From a virus (lineage: Duplodnaviria; Caudoviricetes): a DNA stretch of 64,000 nt. The notes beneath the pieces were generated by a model that saw only the letters and a program-made list of their open reading frames with translations, did not search any database and was not told the DNA's origin. Positions 8,155 through 16,358 of the stretch are shown one piece after another; the stretch's first letter is position 1, and every line of letters begins with the position of its first letter. The position numbers and the translations under genes are program-made. The stretch lies in the IMG/VR virus record IMGVR_UViG_3300042900_000746, positions 1 through 64,000 of that record; one strand, 5' to 3'.

Positions 8155-9553
8155 ATTTTCTAGTCCTTCGATTCAATATAAATATTGCTATACCTATAGT
8201 AATCAAAAACGCGCCGATACTCATAGATGAACTACCGTCTTGCCCTGTCGTTGGAAGTGGGCTCTGCGGAGTATCTTGTGACCCATGATCATGACTACTG
8301 TGGTCGTGAACTGTTGTTGTGGTTTCCTCCACGATTATTTGTGGCACTGTTGTAACATTCATAATAGTAGTTGTAGTTTCGGGTTCAGTTACGATAGGGG
8401 CTTGAGTTGTAGTTGTTTCGGGAACTGTAGTTAGGGGGATAGTAGTGGGAGCAATCGTCGTTGTTGCAATAGTCGTAGTAGGCGCTGGCGCATCCCATAA
8501 AACCGTAATTGAGACAACTTTCACTACACCATTAACCGTTGCACTAGCGGTATAAACTGCCGTGCCCTGCGATGCCGTGTTGACAGTGATGTTAGCTATA
8601 CCACTTGCATCAGTTGTTGCGGTAAAGGTTTGCCCTAAATCTGGACCAGAGAAAACTGTCATTGATACTGTGACTCCAGACTGTGGTACTCCAGCTAAAG
8701 TTTGAGCCGTTGCTGTAATAGTAATTGGCTCACCTGCACGAGGGGTTGCAGGACTATATGATAGTACAAAAGAACTAGGAAGAGATACACTGCCACCTCC
8801 AATGGAAACAGCCTTTCTAGAGTCGGATGCTTCTGGATATGGGTAGTCGACAAGAGTCTTTAATGTTCCTACATTGCCGGTGAAATACCCATGCCAGCAC
8901 GCAGCTACAAGTGTATTTGTTAAACCAAAATCATTTACCCCATCAGTTGTAGCTTCTGGTCCACCATTGCACCCTCCATTATTATAGATAGCGCCAGGTA
9001 AAAGTGCAGTCAGCCAACCGTACGATCCCATATTTGCAAACAGACCGCCACCACCATTAACAAAGTCAGCTATCTTTTCTGCATTGGCTGTAAATATTGC
9101 TTCAGTGCCGGATGAACGACTCCAGTTATCTGGTATCCATAATACAGCTGGAGGATTAGACGTAATTGTAGTACTAAAAAAATTGCTTATTTGTGAATCT
9201 GTAATATAAAAATCAATTATAGGAGCAGTGGGAAATTCAACTAAAAACTGTGCACTTAATTGACTGGCCCAGTTAGCCCCACATGAAGTGGTTGTTGCGT
9301 TAGATCCGACAATTGCAATATGGCCATTGTTTAGATTTCGCGCACCATCATGTACCTTCTTAAGAACCTTGGCTATATATTGTCCAGTACTTTCCCATCC
9401 AGAGTGACAAACTGGATCCATTCCATCTAATACGATTGGTCCACCACCGCCACTAGTAGCCAATGCTACTGATGAGTTACTAACTGGATTTAAAAACAAT
9501 CCAATACCTATTGTTATTAGCAATACTGATAAAATATTTTTGAATTTAGACAT
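8138..9553 (-). CDS. Secreted LPXTG cell-wall-anchored protein with Ig-like (Big_1) domain and Thr/Pro-rich stalk
   Basis: Signal peptide; ..TTDASGIANIT.. Big_1-like strands; T/P-rich linker; HDHSSHDH; LPTTG + TM helix + RRTRK tail. Confidence 0.8.
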   Translation of the reverse strand: MSKFKNILSVLLITIGIGLFLNPVSNSSVALATSGGGGPIVLDGMDPVCHSGWESTGQYIAKVLKKVHDGARNLNNGHIAIVGSNATTTSCGANWASQLSAQFLVEFPTAPIIDFYITDSQISNFFSTTITSNPPAVLWIPDNWSRSSGTEAIFTANAEKIADFVNGGGGLFANMGSYGWLTALLPGAIYNNGGCNGGPEATTDGVNDFGLTNTLVAACWHGYFTGNVGTLKTLVDYPYPEASDSRKAVSIGGGSVSLPSSFVLSYSPATPRAGEPITITATAQTLAGVPQSGVTVSMTVFSGPDLGQTFTATTDASGIANITVNTASQGTAVYTASATVNGVVKVVSITVLWDAPAPTTTIATTTIAPTTIPLTTVPETTTTQAPIVTEPETTTTIMNVTTVPQIIVEETTTTVHDHSSHDHGSQDTPQSPLPTTGQDGSSSMSIGAFLITIGIAIFILNRRTRKYGKAS

Positions 9554-9605
9554 ATCTCCCTCAATTTTTTAACTTGTCCGCGGGAGATATAGTAATGACA
9601 CAAAT

Positions 9606-9641
9606 AAAAAAAGGGCTATGACATGTAGCCATAGCCCTTTT
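9606..9641. terminator. Rho-independent terminator (bidirectional form)
   Basis: AAAAGGGCTATG-9nt-CATAGCCCTTTT with A/T tracts on both sides. Confidence 0.8.
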
Positions 9642-9657
9642 AATTAAAACGATTAAA

Positions 9658-9792
9658 TTACATCTTCTTCTTTTTCTTAGCTATTGCAGCCTGGATAAAA
9701 GGTGGAAGTTTCTTTTGTGCCGCTGTAAGACCAGCTGTCTTTTTTGAAGCTGTCTTCTTAGGTGCAGCTGCTTTCTTTTTCATCATTGCCAT
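9658..9792 (-). CDS. Histone-H1-like Lys/Ala-rich peptide, 44 aa (MAMMKKKAAAPKKTASKKTAGLTAAQKKLPPFIQAAIAKKKKKM); not in ORF track
   Basis: Hand translation; RBS GAGGGGG; ends just before the terminator. Confidence 0.7.
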   Translation of the reverse strand: MAMMKKKAAAPKKTASKKTAGLTAAQKKLPPFIQAAIAKKKKKM

Positions 9793-9794
9793 AA

Positions 9795-10061
9795 TTACAC
9801 CCCCTCTACTTTCTTCTTTCCTTCAGTAGATTTCTTGTAATGCCACATCATGTGACCCTGCATTTGGTCATCAACTTTGTCGACCTGCTCATCTACATGA
9901 TCTATCTTTAAGTGGAGGTCAATGATTTGGTCTTTAACCTCTAGTAAGACAGAAGCTACTGTGTTATGATCATTTTTATTTTCTTTACGACTTCTCTGGA
10001 TGAGAACAACTAGTGGCCCCAAAATTACAGCTGAAATTATTGTAGACCAGAAAGCTGACAT
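9795..10061 (-). CDS. N-terminal TM + coiled-coil protein (lysis-accessory-like)
   Basis: One TM helix then a heptad-like region ending H..WH, a pattern common near actinophage lysis genes. Confidence 0.65.
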   Translation of the reverse strand: MSAFWSTIISAVILGPLVVLIQRSRKENKNDHNTVASVLLEVKDQIIDLHLKIDHVDEQVDKVDDQMQGHMMWHYKKSTEGKKKVEGV

Positions 10062-10064
10062 AAG

Positions 10065-10352
10065 TCACCATTTCACTTTATTGGCCCAGAAGGCTGCAGA
10101 CAGCTTGCCCTTGGCAATGTTGGCTGCGTGCCTTGCCTTAAAGGACTTTCTTCTTGCTGCGTCAGAAGCGGATTCACCCTTTTTCGCGGGAGATCCAGAT
10201 ACACCTTGCTGTCCAAAGCGAATGGTTTTAACTTGATTTCCAGACTTAGCCACAACTACATGTGACTTAGTGGGATGACTGGGCGTACGCTTAGGTTTAT
10301 TGTAGCCAGTAACCCCAGCTTTAGTTAGACGTGAATCTTTTTTTGTGGGCAT
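10065..10352 (-). CDS. Small basic protein (KTIRFGQQG...RRKSFKARH...SAAFWANKVKW family)
   Basis: Motif set recalled from aquatic viruses; very basic composition. Confidence 0.75.
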   Translation of the reverse strand: MPTKKDSRLTKAGVTGYNKPKRTPSHPTKSHVVVAKSGNQVKTIRFGQQGVSGSPAKKGESASDAARRKSFKARHAANIAKGKLSAAFWANKVKW

Positions 10353-10379
10353 TGTTGTTCCTGAATAAATAAGATAGAG

Positions 10380-10493
10380 TTATTTCTTTTTTTTCTTTTT
10401 CTTTGGCGCTTTAGATATAACGGGACCACCACTGTTTTGGTTGCTGGTTCCCATTCTAGGTCCACTTATATAGACAAATTTCTTTATTGCCAT
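10380..10493 (-). CDS. Basic peptide, 37 aa (MAIKKFVYISGPRMGTSNQNSGGPVISKAPKKKKKKK); not in ORF track
   Basis: Hand translation; starts 2 nt after the upstream stop. Confidence 0.55.
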   Translation of the reverse strand: MAIKKFVYISGPRMGTSNQNSGGPVISKAPKKKKKKK

Positions 10494-10495
10494 GG

Positions 10496-10645
10496 TTACT
10501 TTTTATTCTTGTAAGCCGTCCACTGACTTGAATAATGTCCACCTTTACGTGGAGTATCGATAACGTTCATTACTGAATCTTTCAATAATTTATAATAATT
10601 GTTGTCTGAAGAAGTCTTGCTTCCCCAACCTTTATCCTTAGCCAT
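10496..10645 (-). CDS. Small basic protein, 49 aa (MAKDKGWGSK...QWTAYKNKK); not in ORF track
   Basis: Hand translation; RBS AAGGTGG upstream. Confidence 0.6.
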   Translation of the reverse strand: MAKDKGWGSKTSSDNNYYKLLKDSVMNVIDTPRKGGHYSSQWTAYKNKK

Positions 10646-10662
10646 AATGACCCACCTTAAAA

Positions 10663-10713
10663 TAATAGACTAGTTATATAGTAGTGTAAAAACCCTATAT
10701 AACTAGTCTATTA
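10663..10713. repeat. Perfect 19-bp inverted repeat with 13-nt spacer
   Basis: TAATAGACTAGTTATATAG-tagtgtaaaaacc-CTATATAACTAGTCTATTA. Confidence 0.9.
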
Positions 10714-10730
10714 AAGACGATTTAGTTGTG

Positions 10731-11042
10731 TTATTTTTTATTTGGATTACTTTTTGGTGCAACCTTTTTTGCAGGCTTAGTGCCACCATGATTCTTGGAC
10801 ACTTGTCCCTTTGGTCTACCTGGCTTCTTAGCTGCAGTAGTAGGGCTGACGGTCTTATCCGCTGGATTAGCGGGTGTAATTTTTATATCTTTAGGGGTTG
10901 AATTAACCGACGTGGTTGGAGTCATCCAAATAATCGGCTCGTCTTCCTTGACATTAGTTTTATCATCTAAGTCATATCCACCAATTTTTGTTTTCTTTTT
11001 AAATAGAATTTTTCTTGCTATTTTTCTAATTAGTTTCATCAT
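10731..11042 (-). CDS. Basic low-complexity protein with AT-hook-like motif
   Basis: KKPGRPKG plus a Lys/Pro-rich tail. Confidence 0.6.
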   Translation of the reverse strand: MMKLIRKIARKILFKKKTKIGGYDLDDKTNVKEDEPIIWMTPTTSVNSTPKDIKITPANPADKTVSPTTAAKKPGRPKGQVSKNHGGTKPAKKVAPKSNPNKK

Positions 11043-11085
11043 TATTTTTTATCCTTTTCAATATTTGTTAGCTAACTATTGTTTA

Positions 11086-11406
11086 TTATTTTCCTTGTTG
11101 TGATTCTTTAATTAACTGATATCTTTCGCCTGTTTCTTTTGAAACAATTGAAAAGCCATATGAAGCTGCAGCTTCGATCATTTCAGTTAACTTATCTTTA
11201 TCTTCCAAAGAAACTTCATTCAATGGCAAAGTAATACCTGCGTATACGTCGATATTCTCAAAATTACCAATGTTAATTTTTCTATTTACTCCACATATAA
11301 ATACTGGATTAGTTGAAATAGATATTTCTGAACTCAAAATATTCACCACCTGATCTATGGGAGAGTCTAATGACTGCTCCATTGCTGTTTTTGATATCTT
11401 AGGCAT
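11086..11406 (-). CDS. Hypothetical protein
   Basis: 106-aa ORF overlapping the upstream stop; RKINIGNFENID motif. Confidence 0.7.
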   Translation of the reverse strand: MPKISKTAMEQSLDSPIDQVVNILSSEISISTNPVFICGVNRKINIGNFENIDVYAGITLPLNEVSLEDKDKLTEMIEAAASYGFSIVSKETGERYQLIKESQQGK

Positions 11407-12190
11407 ACACGTCCGTAAAAGTTTGAACTAAATTTGTAGTAGCTAATGCTTGTTCCGCTATGTTTAAGTTGTCGGTGTTAATTATAGCAGAGGCTTTTTC
11501 TTTTATCAAATCAATTTCTTGTTCTGATCTATGATTCATTTGCTCGGGAGTCATGGCATGTCCGTCTCTACGCATCATTCTTTCATTTCTAATCTCATCA
11601 GACGCTTCGTAGCAAATGATTAATCCATTGGGTTGATCAAGTATTTTCTTAGCTTCATTCTCAAATCTAACATCAGAGATAATGATAGCCATCGGCATAT
11701 CTTGATCCTCAAACTCTGGAGTTCTCATATGGGATCTAAATAATTTATTAGCTTTTAGTATGCCCCACTTAGAAAAGCAGTCTTCATCGTATGCCCTACA
11801 CAAGTCTCCTGCCTTTTGTAGGAAAGATCTTGGCTTATAGCCTTCAGGCTCTATGGGTAGATTGTAGATATCTTTCACTAGCTGGCAAAACATATCATAA
11901 TCAGGAATAGTGCCTAAGGCATTAGAGCCAAAAATGTCATACACAACCTCATGGATAGAAAATAACTGACGATCTTTCTGCCTAAAACCCAATGAGTTTT
12001 TTCTTATAGATGCCAACTCATATAATGGTAGTGCAAAAAACAAATGATCCCATTTAACGTGATTTGACACAGGACTGACTTCTGCTTTAGGGACTATCTT
12101 TTCTGCAACTGATGTTTTCCCAGTCGCTGCCTTACCTGCTAGGCCAATAACTATCGGATAATCTTTATAAAATTTTTTATCTTTAATCAT
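11399..12190 (-). CDS. Deoxynucleoside monophosphate kinase (T4 gp1-like)
   Basis: IGLAGKAATGKT P-loop, FALPL, R.FLQ..G, IISDVRFENE, HRSE; likely leaderless start 6 nt after TGGTATAAT. Confidence 0.8.
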   Translation of the reverse strand: MIKDKKFYKDYPIVIGLAGKAATGKTSVAEKIVPKAEVSPVSNHVKWDHLFFALPLYELASIRKNSLGFRQKDRQLFSIHEVVYDIFGSNALGTIPDYDMFCQLVKDIYNLPIEPEGYKPRSFLQKAGDLCRAYDEDCFSKWGILKANKLFRSHMRTPEFEDQDMPMAIIISDVRFENEAKKILDQPNGLIICYEASDEIRNERMMRRDGHAMTPEQMNHRSEQEIDLIKEKASAIINTDNLNIAEQALATTNLVQTFTDVYA

Positions 12191-12196
12191 ATCCAT

Positions 12197-12205
12197 ATTA
12201 TACCA
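12197..12205 (-). promoter_or_regulatory. Extended -10 promoter TGGTATAAT, leaderless
   Basis: Minus strand TGG TATAAT ATGGAT ATG. Confidence 0.55.
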
Positions 12206-12206
12206 T

Positions 12207-12641
12207 TCATATCCTATTTATTTTCTCTTTTCTTACTTCTAATTCATCTAAAAATTTATTTGCCAAGGCGTCTGGTTCCCAAACAAATGTTCTTTTAACT
12301 TGAATAACCCGAAAATTAAATTCATCTCTGATTTCCTCAATAGTCATCAGTAATGGGATTAGGGCTGCACTCTTGCATTTCCACTTACCGTTAACCTGAT
12401 TAGCCACAACAGCTGAGTCTGTATATATAATTGGGTCTATAAGATCAGCCATAGAACATATCAGCAGTCCTGCTATTACAGCTTCATATTCTGCTTCATT
12501 ATTAGTTCTAGGACCTAATCCTCTGGCAAACTGTGCTATCTTTTTTCTGTTGCGATAAACAACGACAGAACAGGCAGCTTCTCCGATTTTCTTTTGACCC
12601 TGCCCTCTAGATGCTCCGTCACAAAATACTTCTATGTTCAT
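12207..12641 (-). CDS. rnhA: Ribonuclease HI (actinobacterial/archaeal type)
   Basis: DGASRG, TNNEAEYEA, TDS..V.NQVNG.WK.K, DALAN. Confidence 0.88.
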   Translation of the reverse strand: MNIEVFCDGASRGQGQKKIGEAACSVVVYRNRKKIAQFARGLGPRTNNEAEYEAVIAGLLICSMADLIDPIIYTDSAVVANQVNGKWKCKSAALIPLLMTIEEIRDEFNFRVIQVKRTFVWEPDALANKFLDELEVRKEKINRI

Positions 12642-12678
12642 AAATAAAAAGCCAATCTTAAAAACTTAAACACTTTTT

Positions 12679-12885
12679 TCAATCAACCTTTACATCATAA
12701 TCTATATTAAATCTTTTTGCTACTTCTGTTAGATTTTTTTTAAGACTTGATGATATTTGAATTGTTTTTGTTAATAGATATTTATTACTTTTATATTCAA
12801 CTTGTGTTGGAAAATTGAGATCTTCTTTTTCTGTAGAATAAAATTCTTCAGATGTATTAACACTTTTGTAATGACCGATAAACAT
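12679..12885 (-). CDS. Hypothetical protein
   Basis: 68 aa with RBS AAGGA. Confidence 0.6.
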   Translation of the reverse strand: MFIGHYKSVNTSEEFYSTEKEDLNFPTQVEYKSNKYLLTKTIQISSSLKKNLTEVAKRFNIDYDVKVD

Positions 12886-12897
12886 ATTTCTTGTCCT

Positions 12898-13413
12898 TTA
12901 GTAGGTACTAAAATCCGATTCCAAATAGGAACCTTTTTCTTCTCTAAACGCAGCTACTTGCATGGACTGCATTTTGTCCATTAGCTTTCTAGCTGATTCT
13001 GATGCTATTCTAGCTGACGTTTCCATTGCTTCAGCTAGACTCATGATTGCCTCACAGGTAATCATTTCAGTGTGCTGTGACTCTGCTGCTGCCATGGCTG
13101 AAGCTTCTCTTTCAGCTTCATTCTTTCCGGCTCTATTTGATTTATAGACTCTTTTATAATTACCTTCTATAATCTTATATTGTGCTCTAGACATTCCAGC
13201 AAAGCGCGCTGCTCTACCATAGACATTAGACGTGCGGGCAACTAGCGATGCAATAGTCTCTATGCCTAGATCTATAATGTCGACCTCTGGAATTTCTACA
13301 AAATATTTACTACTTTTTTCTACGTCAGCGTATGCTTCGATAACCTCTTTTAATTGAGGTCCAAGAAAATTCTGCAATAGTTCTTGCAGTTTTTCCATTG
13401 ATTGTAGGTTCAT
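12898..13413 (-). CDS. Hypothetical helical/coiled-coil protein
   Basis: Coupled to the sigma factor gene by TAATG overlap; Ala/Glu-rich helices. Confidence 0.7.
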   Translation of the reverse strand: MNLQSMEKLQELLQNFLGPQLKEVIEAYADVEKSSKYFVEIPEVDIIDLGIETIASLVARTSNVYGRAARFAGMSRAQYKIIEGNYKRVYKSNRAGKNEAEREASAMAAAESQHTEMITCEAIMSLAEAMETSARIASESARKLMDKMQSMQVAAFREEKGSYLESDFSTY

Positions 13414-14273
13414 TAATTCTTCTCCATATTAATTAGCATTGCGTATTCACTGAGATCATTTTCTATAATTAAATCTTTTACTTTATTTTTAATCTTAGAC
13501 AAATGCTCTCTAACTGTATTTGGATGTTCATTAACTTTCTGAGATATTTCGCTGGATCGTTGTCCATCTACATATCTCCATTTTAGAAGTTGTCTTTCTT
13601 GCACTGTTAGTCTATCAAATGGCGCAATATTTTTCTCGCCCAAAACCCAAAATTCATCAATTTTATCTGCAGCCAATAACTGTTCCATACTATATTCCAC
13701 TGGATCTGCTTTGAAACCAATCACATAGTTCTCATCACCCTCATCATTAGTGGCATCGTCGTCTAATAATGGGAATGTCTTCCTGCCTAATTGATCAATA
13801 AGGAATGTATCTACGTTCTTTTTTAGTAAATAAAAAAAATAGCTATACAAGAAACCACTAAAGGGGATTGGACCTTTAGCTGAATCTTTTCTTTCGTATC
13901 GTCCTATGCACTGAAAGAAGGTCATATATACCGTTTGTCTGATGTCCTCCTCGTCCCCATATCTTTTTGCCATATAATGAATACCTCTCATGCATTCATT
14001 TATCACTCGCATGTTAGATCCATTCATTTTATTCTTCATTAGGGCAAACCTTGTGCCAGAATCTTTGATAAATAAAGAGATAAACCTTCGTATGTCATAA
14101 TCATTGAGATTAAATTTTCCATAATATAATAGTGAAATATACTTTGTTAAGAAATTACTGAATACTTTTAAGAGTTCTTCTTGTGCTTTTGCTGAACCTT
14201 TTTTAGCTTTAGCGATTAGGTCTTGCATTTCATTCTCTTCTAAAGAGTAATATTGCTCCTTGTAAGCTGTCAT
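13413..14273 (-). CDS. Phage RNA polymerase sigma factor (sigma70 family)
   Basis: LIAKAKKG..KAQEELL (region 1.2/2), EEDIRQ....FF..I.RY, F.GFL, LT.QERQLL.WRYVDG.R..EIS......NTV (region 4 HTH). Confidence 0.85.
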   Translation of the reverse strand: MTAYKEQYYSLEENEMQDLIAKAKKGSAKAQEELLKVFSNFLTKYISLLYYGKFNLNDYDIRRFISLFIKDSGTRFALMKNKMNGSNMRVINECMRGIHYMAKRYGDEEDIRQTVYMTFFQCIGRYERKDSAKGPIPFSGFLYSYFFYLLKKNVDTFLIDQLGRKTFPLLDDDATNDEGDENYVIGFKADPVEYSMEQLLAADKIDEFWVLGEKNIAPFDRLTVQERQLLKWRYVDGQRSSEISQKVNEHPNTVREHLSKIKNKVKDLIIENDLSEYAMLINMEKN

Positions 14274-14836
14274 TTTTTACCTTCCCAGTTAACTATGTAC
14301 TGACTATAAAAAACCTTTATGTCTTCGTAGAAGACAATTTGAGGAACTTCTATCTCAGCCATAAAATTCTTTGCGTCGTTTGAGTATTTACTTATGACGC
14401 ATGTCATTTTTTTGAATTCATCAGGATAATACCTTTTAAATCTTTTTAATTTAATTTTACTTTTATCATCTAGATAGCCTTTAATCTCTACCCATTCACC
14501 ATTTCGTTCTAGAAAAAAGTCAGGAGTATAACCCTTTGTTCCCCTTTTTATTGGGAAAGAAAAAACAGTAGGCTCAAATTTAAATTCTATTTTATAGATA
14601 TTTAGGATTCTAACAAAGTTAGCTTCCCAGCTGGATCTAACATTAAGTTCTATATCTTTCCTGAATCCAGTCTTAGTGTATTGGTACGCGTTACCCTTTT
14701 TTCTTGTGAAGACCCCATCATCCTCTAGGATTACTTTATCGATCTGCCTGTTTCTGATGTTATTCAAATTAGGTTGTTTTTTAAAAGAAGATTTTTCCAA
14801 AAAAAAGTCTTCTGCCTTGACAACATGTAGTTCCAT
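14270..14836 (-). CDS. PD-(D/E)XK endonuclease (T7 endonuclease I/resolvase-like)
   Basis: RSSWEANF, YTPDF, VEIKGY; start MELHV after RBS AAGGA. Confidence 0.75.
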   Translation of the reverse strand: MELHVVKAEDFFLEKSSFKKQPNLNNIRNRQIDKVILEDDGVFTRKKGNAYQYTKTGFRKDIELNVRSSWEANFVRILNIYKIEFKFEPTVFSFPIKRGTKGYTPDFFLERNGEWVEIKGYLDDKSKIKLKRFKRYYPDEFKKMTCVISKYSNDAKNFMAEIEVPQIVFYEDIKVFYSQYIVNWEGKK

Positions 14837-14904
14837 TATGATATCCTTAATGCCTGTAAGCGTATATATATTATACACTATAAAATAAAAATATGCAAAA
14901 CAAC

Positions 14905-14933
14905 TTGCATTACCACTCAGGAAGCAGTATACT
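14905..14933 (+). promoter_or_regulatory. Housekeeping-sigma promoter TTGCAT-N17-TATACT, leaderless
   Basis: 17-nt spacer; the ATG at 14941 follows 7 nt after the -10. Confidence 0.75.
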
Positions 14934-14940
14934 AATCACC

Positions 14941-15105
14941 ATGAACACACTAACACACATCATCAACACAGCAATTGAAACAATTAACGACGAAATTATC
15001 GAGGACTTGGTTGTAGACCTCGGTTACGACTACGGCGACGCTGTCAAGGTAGTCACAGAGTTCAATGATTTTGATTTTGCTATCGATACAGACTCAGATT
15101 TCTGA
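14941..15105 (+). CDS. Small highly acidic protein, 54 aa; only credible plus-strand gene
   Basis: Own promoter and terminator; 14 D/E versus 1 K. Confidence 0.75.
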   Translation: MNTLTHIINTAIETINDEIIEDLVVDLGYDYGDAVKVVTEFNDFDFAIDTDSDF

Positions 15106-15127
15106 TTCTTTTTTTTAAAAACTACGC

Positions 15128-15163
15128 ATAGAAAAGGGGCTGGGAAACCAGCCCCTTTTCTAT
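15128..15163. terminator. Bidirectional terminator between convergent genes
   Basis: 16-bp perfect stem ATAGAAAAGGGGCTGG-GAAA-CCAGCCCCTTTTCTAT. Confidence 0.88.
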
Positions 15164-15963
15164 TTTCTATAACTATTGTTTTTATTTCTGTAAACACCAG
15201 TTGGACAAGCACCTGATTTGGCGTGATCACAGTAAGAGCATACTCTGCTATTGGCAGTGGGCGTAAAGTTTTGATCAACCATTATTTTTTGGATAGTGTC
15301 AATAAGCTTATTCTTAACTTCATCTATATCTTCTTGAGTAAACAAATGGCCTTTTCTTTTTCCAGATCTTAAATAATAAAGTTCAGCGTATATTTCTTTT
15401 TCTGGAAATATATTATGAAGCGCAAGGGCATATATGCCTAGCTGCAGATTTGAGTGCACATGCTTCTGTGCAACTTCCCATTTACCAGTTTTATAGTCTG
15501 TTATGTTGACTCTATCTCCAATAATATCTACCCTATCTATAAAGCCAATTATTCTGTACGACCCTATAATATAAGAGAAAGACATTTCTTTATCGTATAT
15601 GGAGAATTCTTTATCCACATTTTGATCGTAGAATTCATTGAGTATAATTGATCCAACTGAAATAAGATCTGGAGTTATTTCTTGATTTGGATCCCAAATA
15701 GGAATATTATTTTTATATTCTTCCTGAAGTTCGTTTAAATCTAAAACTTTATTATTATCTAAAGTATTTTCAAGAACTGCATGAACAATGTTTCCAAGAG
15801 CTGCTGGTGCATTAAACTGTCTTGGTTCTTTCTTAATATAAGAATAGAAATATCTTGATGGACATTGGTCGTACGTATCTATTCTAGAATATGAAAAATC
15901 TACTAAACTTAATTTTTCTAAATCACTTAAGCTATCATAATTTTTAATTAATATAGAACTCAA
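15160..15963 (-). CDS. RecB/Cas4-like PD-(D/E)XK exonuclease with Fe-S Cys pattern
   Basis: SYSRIDTY.QCP, G..VH..LE, GFIDRVD, DYKTG, QL.IY, CSYC...C. Confidence 0.88.
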   Translation of the reverse strand: MSSILIKNYDSLSDLEKLSLVDFSYSRIDTYDQCPSRYFYSYIKKEPRQFNAPAALGNIVHAVLENTLDNNKVLDLNELQEEYKNNIPIWDPNQEITPDLISVGSIILNEFYDQNVDKEFSIYDKEMSFSYIIGSYRIIGFIDRVDIIGDRVNITDYKTGKWEVAQKHVHSNLQLGIYALALHNIFPEKEIYAELYYLRSGKRKGHLFTQEDIDEVKNKLIDTIQKIMVDQNFTPTANSRVCSYCDHAKSGACPTGVYRNKNNSYRK

Positions 15964-15971
15964 AAATATTC

Positions 15972-16139
15972 CTACTGTTCTTCATTAGGATCGTATATTA
16001 GTCGACCATTTTCATCGAATTCTCTTCCGATTTCATCTATAGTATGATTATTAATCTTATTAATATAAGCGCCCTGGCCGATTGCAACCCAACCAGTTTC
16101 ACCTATCTCCATATGATCATCTTCTTCATAGGGCCACAT
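15972..16139 (-). CDS. Small acidic protein, 55 aa (MWPYEEDDHM...DPNEEQ); not in ORF track
   Basis: Hand translation; fills the intergenic gap. Confidence 0.6.
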   Translation of the reverse strand: MWPYEEDDHMEIGETGWVAIGQGAYINKINNHTIDEIGREFDENGRLIYDPNEEQ

Positions 16140-16356
16140 CTTCGCCCCCTATCGATACCTTGACATCAGTAATGTCATCAGCATTGAGATAATAGCCAAC
16201 TACTGTGTACAAGTCTTTGAGTTCTTTTTGCGTTAGATAGAATCCAACACAGGTGCACTGTAGGAATAATTTGTCGTCATAATTGTAAGTTGAATCAGTA
16301 TATTCAGTTAATTTAATATTACCTTTTTCAACAACTGCTGGAAAGTTCTCGCTCAT
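16126..16356 (-). CDS. Hypothetical protein
   Basis: Start MSENF after RBS GAGG. Confidence 0.65.
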   Translation of the reverse strand: MSENFPAVVEKGNIKLTEYTDSTYNYDDKLFLQCTCVGFYLTQKELKDLYTVVGYYLNADDITDVKVSIGGEDVAL

Positions 16357-16358
16357 TT

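Noticed and set aside
8300-8485. GTT/GTA-rich tract resembling a DNA repeat or DGR template
   Set aside because: It encodes the Thr-rich stalk (ACN codons) of the LPXTG protein and has no similarity to the VR.
15160-15963. Cas4-like gene as evidence of a CRISPR-Cas system
   Set aside because: Solo RecB/Cas4-like nucleases are common in phage replication modules, and no other cas genes are present.
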